From positions 9,272-60,563 of the forward strand of contig WELA01001856.1 in NCBI GenBank assembly GCA_009602735.1: DNA of 51,292 nucleotides. The letters are read 5' to 3'. A program made the position numbers and the translations under genes. This document shows positions 23,594 through 32,884 of this stretch, in pieces; within the stretch, counting starts at the first letter, position 1, and each line of letters begins with the position of its first letter. This DNA comes from Mesotaenium endlicherianum (taxonomy: Eukaryota). The notes under the pieces are model-generated. The model was given only the letters and a program-made list of their open reading frames with translations. It did no database searches and was not told where the DNA came from.

Positions 23594-24847
23594 ATGGAAT
23601 TGAACCAGCACAGCGTGGCCCGTATGTACCTGCCGACAGCAGCACCCGGTGATCCTGCTATGGGCCTACGCCTGCTGCCGACGCCAATCTACACGGACCA
23701 GCTGGATGAGGGGCCAGGCGGCATCGTTCTAGTGGAGTTGTTTGCCGGCATTGCCGCTCGGTTGCTGGCTACAATTCATGCTGGCATTCCCGTCCGGCGA
23801 TACGTCTACGTCGACCTTGACCCCGAGGCGCAGCAGGTTGCCCGACGTCAGATGGCGCTCTTTCAGGAGCGCTTCCCTGACATCTTCTTTGCACGCGCCT
23901 TCCACCACGCGCAAATTGACTGGCCCCTGGACATTCGCAAAATCACCAACGAGCACGTGACGCGCCCCAGCCCAGTGGACCTCGTCATCGCTGGTTGGGA
24001 GTGCCAGGGGTTCTCCATTGCAGGCCGCAGCGGTGCCCTCAGTGACCCGCGCACGGCACTCTTCTGGCACCTCCTTTGCGTCCTCAACCAGGTTGTGACG
24101 CGCCAGCCACCTCACTCCCTCGCGTGGATATTGAAGAATGTGGCAGTGCGTGACGACAAGCGAGCCAATGTGCGCGCCAACTTTGAGCTTTGCAGCAGCT
24201 ACCTTGGGCGCGAGGCCGTCATCGATGCCGCACAAATTGGGTCCTTCGCCCACCGCGTGCGGGCCTACATCACCAACCTCGCTATGCCAGGCACACTGGA
24301 GGCCCTGGCAGCCGCGCACCCACGCTATGACCGCAACGTCGACTCCATCCTCGACGTTGCTTGGCTGGCCCAGCGCATTACGGCCCAGCCCCATCCATCC
24401 CGGGCCCAGTGTGAGGTGCTTGGCGACGTCACCCGCGCTCTGCCGACATATGTCAGCCGCTATGACAGCGCGGCTCACATCGACGCGGCCCGCGGCGTGA
24501 TCATCCACCTTTACTCTGGCCTGTACGAGCGGCCGCGCGCCGTGGAGATGGAGCGCGCCATGGGCTTCCCGCCGCATTTGACCCAGGTGGATGGCATCAC
24601 CAAGGTCAACCGCGTTTGGCTCTTGCGGCAGGACATTGATGTCAACGTCTTGACCTGGATTCTTTTGCAGACGCAGGCCTTGACTCCCCTCTATCTGGAG
24701 GCCCGACATCTCGAGTTCCCTCGCCGCATAGACACGCCAGACAATAGCTCCTTTGAGGACAACAGCACTCGCCCTCCACCAAGTACCCGTTGGCGCTCCC
24801 CACGAGAAGGGCCTGCCCCCCAGACCCCTCCTCATCGCCCGTACTAG
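23594..24847 (+). pseudogene. C5-cytosine DNA methyltransferase domain within the F polyprotein
   Basis: Motif I VELFAGI; motif II YVDLD; motif IV DLVIAGWECQGFS (catalytic Cys); motif VI ILKNV (ENV with E>K); motif VIII HRVRAY; motif IX EMERAMGFP. Confidence 0.9.
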
Positions 24848-25139
24848 CTGCCACCCGCCTCCGACGCCGACTCTGCCCAGTGGGGGGGGGACGGCAGAGG
24901 GAGGAGGCACATCGGGCCAAGAATCCACATCGCTCCCTCTTTCTTTTTCCTCCTGCACGCCAGCCAGCCCCTACATGTCAGCTGGCAAGCCGCAGGACAG
25001 GTGCCAGCAGGAGCAGGTGCAGGGCATCCGCTCTCTGCCAGCAGGCAGGCGACGCCAGCAAGGGGGCCCGCAAGGGGGCAGAGCTCTGCAACACAGGAGG
25101 TGACAGGTGCAAGGCAGGCGCCACCTCCAGCAGCCCCTA

Positions 25140-26611
25140 CGTGGAAGCTGGGGGGGACCCTTGCTTCAGAGGAGGCAGCGCAGCTAACAGAGATGCTTGA
25201 TGCTCGGCGCAGTGCTTGCTTTGCCAGCGGCATGCACAACTTAGAGCGCTACACTGGCGACCCCATGAGATTGCGCCTCACGTCCAATGTGCCCATCTTC
25301 CAGTAACGATACCGCTACAGTCACTATGAGGACGGCTTTATCAGCACGCACACAGGCAAGCTGGAGGACAACCAGCTTGTTTGGGAGTCCTCCTCTACCT
25401 ACGCGGCCCCCACAATCATGCCGGCTAAGAAGGATGCCACAGACAACTGGTCTGAAAAGAGGATGTGCTGTGACTATTGTAAGCTGAACGAGGTCATTGA
25501 GCAGAACAGATATCCTATGCCTACCCTTGACAAGATTTTCGACGCCATTGGCACGTGCACATGGTTCTCAGTGTTGGACTTGAGATAGGGCTTCAACCAG
25601 ATACCTATTGCGCAGAAGGACCAGCATTAGACGGCGTTCTGGGGGGCACAGCGCCTCTACAAGTGGAGGGTGATGCCCTTCGGGCTGAAGATCGCTCTAG
25701 CTACCTTCCAGCGGGTCATGGATAAGGAGCTGGCGAGGCTATCCTTTACCTGATGCTACATTGATGACGTGCTTGTCTTCAGTGAGACGTTTGAGGAGCA
25801 CGTGGCGCACATTACCGCTGTCCTGGACCGCTTGGAGGCCGTTGGGCTCAAGTGCTATCCAAGGAAGTGCACCATTGGGACCCGAGAAGTGGAGTACCTT
25901 AAGCATCTCCTCTCCTCCAGCGGATTGGCGTCACAGCTGGCCAAGATCTCGGCCATCACAGGCATCTTGCCACCTACCAACATCTCGCAACTTAGGGCCT
26001 TCTTTGGGATTGCCAACTACCACCGTCGTTTTGTGGTTGGCTTCAGCGAGCTTGCTAAGCCACTCAACGATTTGCTGCGGAAGGGGGTGGCCTACTTATG
26101 GGGAGCAGAGCAGCAGGCGGCGTTCGATAAGCTCAAGAAGCTGCTAGTGAGCGTCCCAGTGCTGCGGCGGTCTGACCATACTAAGCCCTTCATCCTCCAC
26201 ACCAACTGGTCTTAGTCATGGCTGGGAGCATAGCTGGTTTAGGAGCCCGACGGCTGCGAGCACGTGGTGGTGTACGTTAGCCGCAGCAACAACCGCGCCG
26301 CGGCCAACTATGGCTCTTATGAGGGGGAGTGCCTGGCAGCGGTCTGGGCGATTGTGCACTTTGGGCACTACCTCTACGGCACCCGCTTCCGTCTCGTCAT
26401 CGACCATCAGCCGCTCAAGTGGCTTATGATGTCGGAGCGCCTTACAAACAAGTACGCGCGGTGGGCACTCATCCTGCAGGATTACACCTTTGACGTGCAC
26501 CACCGCCCAGGCCTGACCAACATGGACGCCGACGGCCTCAGCCGCAACCCGCTGCCTTCTTCCAGGGATCTGACAGTGGCCCGACACGATGAGGACAAGC
26601 CACTAGCCTAG
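25140..26611 (+). pseudogene. Reverse transcriptase and RNase H of element F
   Basis: KRMCCDY..LN, YPMP, VLDL, MPFGL, YIDD (25757-25768), YGSYEGECLAAVWA...IDHQPL. Same frame as the DNMT domain, with point stops. Confidence 0.92.
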
Positions 26612-27424
26612 CATGCGGCTGCCTTCTTGGCCCTCACAATGGACAGCGATGCGCGGCCCGCGGGGCTCACCGACCGCTACCTGGTGGTGGTCAACACGAG
26701 GCGTCTGGCGTTGGCAACAGCAGCAGAGCAGGACAGCTGGCAGAGCGAGTCCAAGGACGTGTGGGACGATGGCGCGTTGCTGCAATACGTCGCCGCTAAG
26801 GAGCTAGCGCCAGGCATGGACGCAAGGGAGCGTGACCGCGTCCTCAAGCGCAGTCGGGATTTTGTCTTCATGGAGGGTCAAGTAAGTCGTGTGATGGCCG
26901 ACGGCTCCGTCCTGGAGGTCCCTGATATTGCTATACGCAGCCAGCTGGTGCGCACTGTTCATGAGGCCCTTAGACACTTTGGTGTCAAGCGCAATCTCAG
27001 CCTGTTGCAGGCAGAGTACTGGTGGCTTGGCATGGCTAAGGTCATGGCCGACGTCGTCAGCAGCTGCACTCTCTGTGACCGTGTGAGCTCGAGCTTCACA
27101 ACGCTCACTGTTGCCCTCAGCCCCTGCCCATTTAGGGGATGTTCTATTGGTGGATGTTGAACTTGGCCGGGGAGTTGCCCAAGTCCCGCCGAGGTAACCT
27201 CTACATCTTGCTAATGATCAAGATCTTGTCCAAGTGGATCGAGCTCGTGCCCTTGCCCAGCAAGACCAGTGAGGGGATCGCTCAGGCGTTCCTTGATCAA
27301 GTCCCTAGCTGTAGTGATTTGAGTTATTATATACTATTTTCCATATATTGTTATGTTTTCAAATATATTTGGAGTAGTACTGTGTGGAGTCAAGTGTGAA
27401 TAGGCACTTTGGTAGCACAAGAAG

Positions 27425-28618
27425 ATGGCCGATCCTCAAGACCAACAGCAAGCTTTCGAAGGAAGCCCTTCCTCTCCAAGACACCCTCCTCCAGCACCTA
27501 TGGGAGAGCCCACTCAAGAAAATCTGCAACAACAAGAAGCACCACAAGGAGGAGCACACCCTCCTCCAGTGTCAATGGGAGAGCCTACTCAAGGAAATCT
27601 GCAACAACAAGAAGCACCACAAGGAGGACCACCGTCAAATCCCGTGTCAACCACTATAGCAAAGTTGACCCCACCACAAGGAGTTGCGCAAATGAGTGGG
27701 CAGCCTTCCTAGTGACCGTCCACAACCAAGTGGGCTTGGCCACCTATGAAGCAACCGTGCAAGCGTCAAGAGAAGCTATGGCTGCCATAGTTGCCCCTAT
27801 TGCGAGCAATGCTCAAAATCCAGCCCCTGCTGAAGCGCCTCCACAAGAGCCAACGAGAGCAAGGAAACTCATCAAGCCCGGCAAACCCGACACTTTCAAC
27901 CCCGAAAAAGGTGCCAACCTGAAGTTATGGCTCTACCAAGTGGAGACGTACCTCGCATTCCTTGAAGTACCCGAGGAGGACTACGTTCCCTTTGCCGTTA
28001 CCTTACTTAGAGGAGCAGCAACATCATGGTGGCGTAACTATCAAGCGGCTATAAATCAAGCTATGGCGCACCCCATGCTCGGCCAAGAGCCCCCACCATC
28101 ATATGCAAGATGGGCAGATTTTTGTGAGGCCCTCAAGAAGCAATTCATGCCCATAAATGCGGATAAGATTGCCCCAGGAAAGCTCCACCATCTCAAGCAA
28201 ACGACGTCCGTTCAAGAGTATCCATCCAGATTTCACGCCCTCACTCTTGAGATCCCCAACATGTCTCTCGAGGAGAAGATTGACCGTTACATCTTTGGCC
28301 TCAAACCCAAGGTGGCAAAGGAAGTGGAGTTACGCGACTTAACGGACTTCTCAAAGATCATTGAAGTGGCCCAAAAGGTGGATACCTTGGATTTCAAGCA
28401 CTCCGTGCCTTCATCTTCACGGGTACCGACGACGCGGGTGTACGCAGCCCCTTCCACATCCGAATCTGGACCCACACCCATGGAAATCGGAGTTATCAAA
28501 AGGGACCCCGCGGCTGCCCGGAAGAGTGGAAGACCCTCCAATGACACTTATGATGCAAGAAACCAGCAAGGAGTGAAAGCAAGACTCTCCCCGGCTGAAA
28601 AAGAAGCTCTCATGACGG
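27425..28618 (+). pseudogene. gag: gag of element A (frameshifted; runs into gap)
   Basis: KPDTF...WLYQVETY...LRGAATSWW...GLKPKV...GPTPMEIG. Confidence 0.88.
27482..27631. repeat. 75-bp coding tandem duplication in gag N-terminus of A
   Basis: HPPPAPMGEPTQENLQQQEAPQGGA / HPPPVSMGEPTQGNLQQQEAPQGGP. Confidence 0.9.
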
Positions 28619-28942
28619 NNNNNNNNNNNNNNNNNNNNNNNNNNNNNNNNNNNNNNNNNNNNNNNNNNNNNNNNNNNNNNNNNNNNNNNNNNNNNNNNNN
28701 NNNNNNNNNNNNNNNNNNNNNNNNNNNNNNNNNNNNNNNNNNNNNNNNNNNNNNNNNNNNNNNNNNNNNNNNNNNNNNNNNNNNNNNNNNNNNNNNNNNN
28801 NNNNNNNNNNNNNNNNNNNNNNNNNNNNNNNNNNNNNNNNNNNNNNNNNNNNNNNNNNNNNNNNNNNNNNNNNNNNNNNNNNNNNNNNNNNNNNNNNNNN
28901 NNNNNNNNNNNNNNNNNNNNNNNNNNNNNNNNNNNNNNNNNN
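28619..28942. other. Assembly gap (324 N)
   Basis: Run of N. Confidence 1.
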
Positions 28943-29009
28943 TGGGCCAACTTGTACAATTTTCTTCATCATTATGGAGTAGGCTAGCCAATAAGGTCAC
29001 ACCACCTAC

Positions 29010-29140
29010 GACCTTGCCTAGTCTACCTTACATGTGTAGCACCTGACTTGGCGCCTTTGACTAGTCCTCTTCACATGTGTGGCATCTGACTTGAAACTGT
29101 TGACTAGTTTGCTCCACATGTGTAAGACCTGACTTGACGC
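29010..29140. repeat. ~43-bp degenerate tandem repeat (x3) in the 3' UTR of A
   Basis: ACATGTGT....(C/T)CTGACTTG recurs three times at ~43-bp spacing. Confidence 0.75.
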
Positions 29141-29173
29141 GCCGAGACGTCGCTTTTTCCATCAGGGGGGTGA

Positions 29174-29672
29174 TGTAGTGATTTGAGCTATTTTATATTA
29201 GTTTGCATATATTTTAATATTTTCAAATATATTTGGAGTAGTATTGTGTGGAGTCAAGTGTGAATAGGTACTCTAGTAACTTGGTTCATGTCCTTTGAAC
29301 CTTCCAAGGCATTTTCGAAGTTAGAGGAAAGACCTAGAAGAACTCCATGTGGCAAAAGTCAAATGTGCCATTTTTAGGTCAAAAGGACATGTGTACATTA
29401 TTCTAGAAAGAGGTGGCAAGTTTTGGGATGTGTTGGGTGCCAACACATCAACGTACACTTTCCTAGAAATTACTTATGTAGCAAGTATATAAACAAGAGC
29501 TAGAACATAGAAAGACATTCCAGAATCACTCTTGTACTTGCCAAAATCCAGAAATATATCAACTCTCAAGAAGTCATCTCTCTTTGAAGAAGCTACCCCT
29601 TGTGTTCAAAGATCCTTGTCTTGAATAAAGTATTCTATTTTACTAAGTACTTTATCTATCTGTTTCACTACA
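29174..29672 (+). repeat. 3' LTR of element A (499 bp)
   Basis: TG...CA termini. Matches 27310-27405 and the reverse complement of 1-492. Confidence 0.95.
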
Positions 29673-30415
29673 TTAGCCGTTTTGGCGGCTGCGTTGAGGT
29701 GCTAACCAATCAGGGCAAGGAGTTTCAGGGCAGCTTTCAGAAGCTGCTGAAGCGCTCCATGATCGACCACCGCACCACCTCCCGCAATCACCCCCAGGCT
29801 GATGGCCTTGCAAAGCGCATGGTAGAGACCGTCAAGCTGGGGCTGCGTAAGTACTGCCAGAACCACAACAGCACCCATTGAGACAACGCACTCCCGTGGC
29901 TAGCTATGGGATACAAGTTCAGTCGCCAGGCCTCCTTAGCCTCCCATTCTCCCTACTTCCTCCTTTATGAACGCCAGCCAATCCTGCCAGCCGCAGCCAG
30001 GACCGTGGCGGAGAGTGTTCTGGACTTGGACATTCCCGACACATGGAGTGCTCTTATTGGGCTATGCGCACAGCTGTTCCAGGGCCTGATGCCCATGGCC
30101 ATGGACAACCTCAGTATCGCTCAGCATTGCAACACGCTCGGGTATGCCATGACTCGTGGAGGAGCCTACCGTCCCCGGGTAGTACAATTTTCCGCCGGTG
30201 ACTTCGTGTACCTGCGTTGCTGGACGAAGAACACCCTCGACACCAGCAGCTCGCCGATCATTCTGCGCGTCAAGCGTGCCTTGGCGTTAGGAGTATAGGA
30301 GCTAGAAGGCGCAGATGGCCGCCTTCACAAGAACCACACAAAGAACTGTGGTCCATGCCACCTTCCTTACCTTGATGTGCAGGTTTGTCCCCACGATGCG
30401 CGGCCGCCCAAAGAC

Positions 30416-30556
30416 TGGGCGTGCCAGATCTGCCACAGCCTTGGCAAGGAGGCCAAGGTGCTGCTCTGCGAGAGCTGCAACCTTGGCTTCCACATCGGCT
30501 GCCTCGACCCCACACTGGTGCGTGTCCCTGCTGGAGACTGGATTTGTAGGGACTGC
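30416..30556 (+). pseudogene. PHD finger at the C-terminus of F integrase
   Basis: CQIC...LLCESC..GFHIGC...VPAGDWICRDC is a C4HC3 pattern, in frame with the integrase C-terminus. Confidence 0.92.
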
Positions 30557-30645
30557 TTTGAGTCAGCTAGCAGTAGCATTATCAGCTCATCAGCCAGACG
30601 CTGAGAGCTAGGGGGGGAATTAAAACATTTGACATCTGACCTTCT

Positions 30646-31744
30646 TTTTTGGCCATAAGGTCGCAGGCATTTTTTCTTTCTCCATAACAAGTCTTGCTTG
30701 CCCCCTTGTGTGTTGCTTATATACACTAGACGTGTCTGACCTCATAATGCACGACAGCTGTCATGACTCATTAGGTCAGGACCGTCGGCCCTGACAAAAC
30801 ACACGTGCGTCGACCATCGACTTAGGAAAGCCGGCTTTGACCTTGCTTCACGTGTTTATATGTTGACCTTAGCTAGTATTCCAAATTGCTAAAGTGTAGA
30901 GCGTCGCGTCACCTTCTGAACGGCATCAGTTGCGCGCCCTTTGGTCAAGTATCGAGCAAGATATCCGCGATTTAGTCCGCGCCACCTACCGGCCCCTAGC
31001 GAATTTCACCAAAAGCCACTTTGTGACTCAATGTGCCCAAAGGTCACATTGTTGGCTCCTCGCAACTCCAAAGACCTCTAGCCATTAGCACATAAATCCG
31101 CGAGCTTGATAAAGTACACTTAGCATGCATAAGCATAGTATATGAGCACCATTTGAGCTACAACTTGGTGACTGCATCACTCATTTGTAGAGGAAACTTC
31201 CTCACATTTCAAATCTACTTTTGAGGCATTATCTAGGTAGCATTGGTCAAGGTAAGCTCCGCCAATGAGAGCCATGCATCCGCTTACTTGCACTATATTT
31301 GATTGGTATGTGTCGTGTTTAGCCAATAAGGGAGCTAGTACGTGCCTTGCCTCCTCTTTCGTGGACCTAAGAGAGCCTGCTAGTGTGACTGTGTGCATTG
31401 AATGCGCCGCCTTCAGCGCCGGTTTTTCACGGAGTATATGGCAATAGATGCCCTTAGCAAGAAATTTGTTTAGAAGTCAATTATGCCAATTGTAAGTCAC
31501 AAAGTTATTAATAAAGGTTACACTTTTATCTCTCGTGTTTTCAGGACCACTAAGTCTCTCTCTTGTGAAGAGCAAGCCCTCCTGGCTTCCAGTCACTAAA
31601 AGAACTTCACAAGTGGTGAGCCAAGTCACAGCTTTTTGGCCATAAAGCCGCAGGCATCTTTGCTTTCTCCATAGCAAGTCTTTCTTGCCCCCTTGTGTGT
31701 TGCTTATATTAGATTAGATGCGTCCGACCTCATAATGCACGACA
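30646..31744 (+). repeat. LTR-like unit 30759-31744 preceded by a copy of its own last ~110 bp (30646-30756)
   Basis: Termini TGTCATG...CACGACA. Direct repeat TTTTTGGCCATAAG...ATAATGCACGACA at 30646-30756 and 31633-31744. No TSD found. Confidence 0.6.
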
Positions 31745-32884
31745 TAAACAACAAGGTGAAAACAGGCTCAAAATACCAACAGAATGGAGATTTGAGTGCA
31801 GATACAACCGTCAAACACTAACAAAACTAGAACAAGTACAAGAACTAAAAGACCAAGTTAAGCAAGAGAGAGAAGAAGGGGAGGGAGGGGAGCAAGTGAA
31901 CCTCATCAGATCTGCACATTAAATTTGAATGAGGTGGAAGTTGCTAGAATTCACATTAAAAAATGACCTCGAGGGCACAAAACATGAGAACATGAACACA
32001 AAAAACAACGCAAGATGAACAAAAAGTTGAGAGCGTGCTCAATTAGTCAGTTCAATGTAAATAAAAATTGAAATACAACCCTCCACAAACTAAGAAGCAC
32101 ATCAACAAGTCGAAGTAGTACAGGAACAATATAAGGCATTGGAAGTCGGAAGGGAGGGAGTGAGTGAACCTAAGAAGATGTAGCTACTGAATATGAAAGA
32201 GCTAACAGTTTCTTGTGTCCTCCCTAGAATCCAGAAGAACATGACAACCAAGACGCACAACACGCACACATGAGGATGACAAGCAGACTAGTATAATCAG
32301 GATTTGAATTTGAATACACCTCTTAAGTACAAAGTACTAGAAATTTGAGACAAACTTCAAAGAGCAATAAGAGCAAGCAATAAGAGCAAAATACAAGAGC
32401 ACATAATAACAGAGGTCAGTAACAAGTCGCAATAGTAATTTGCCACAAAATGAAGCTGCACAATGAAATGTATGTGGCTGGAGACTTGCTAAGTAGACCT
32501 CGGGTTTGGCCTCAATTGTGTTTGTGCCTGTGCAATAACCAAAATTCAGATGCAACTGCATGGGATGCAAGCTAGAGTCCACAATTGGTGGACAAAGATT
32601 TGCGGCCAAAGATTGGTGACCAAAGATTGGTGACCAGGGTTTGCAAAGTTTTAAAGTTATCGCCGTTACAGAAAAACCTGTCACATTCAACTGTATATTT
32701 TCAATGGCGTCGATCGACGCGTTTTGTGGACTGACGATGAAAAAACCCAATGCTTACAGACGTCAAGGACATCAAAACGTCCCTCGGTGGTGCGCATGAG
32801 TGAAGCACATGTTGAACACCTTGTTATGCGAACCACCCCAATACGCTTCTTTGAGCGTACAATGGTCGACCAGTTTGCGAACGG

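Larger units (their letters stand above)
27310..29672 (+). mobile_element. Gypsy family A element nested in F integrase (deleted 5' LTR, gag, gap, 3' LTR)
   Basis: TGTAGTG...CACTACA termini; TSD CTAGC/TTAGC; PBS-like TGGTAGCA at ~27410; PPT AGGGGGG before 29174. Confidence 0.9.
26627..30370 (+). pseudogene. Integrase of element F, split by element A (26627-27309 + 29678-30370)
   Basis: H..LRHFG...CTLC zinc motif. FLDQV(L)S|RFG..EVLTNQGKEF joins across the insertion. HPQADGLAKR. Confidence 0.9.
20227..30620 (+). mobile_element. GC-rich Ty3/Gypsy retrotransposon F encoding a C5 DNA methyltransferase and a PHD finger (5' end lost; interrupted by a MITE and by element A)
   Basis: Domain order PR-DNMT-RT-RH-INT-PHD, followed by PPT AGGGGGGGAA at ~30610. 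Confidence 0.88.

Noticed and set aside
23594..24847. Bacterial restriction-modification methylase or contamination
   Set aside because: In frame with Gypsy RT/RH/INT, no restriction gene nearby, and contiguous with eukaryotic TEs and an intron-containing gene.
23729..24958. 409-aa minus-strand ORF
   Set aside because: Antisense shadow of the GC-rich DNMT frame with no recognisable motifs.
27409..29046. 545-aa ORF spanning the gap
   Set aside because: Artefact of translating through Ns. Only the Gag part before 28619 is real.
29010..29140. CRISPR-like repeat-spacer pattern
   Set aside because: Degenerate tandem repeats in a retrotransposon 3' UTR, with no unique spacers, no cas genes and a eukaryotic context.
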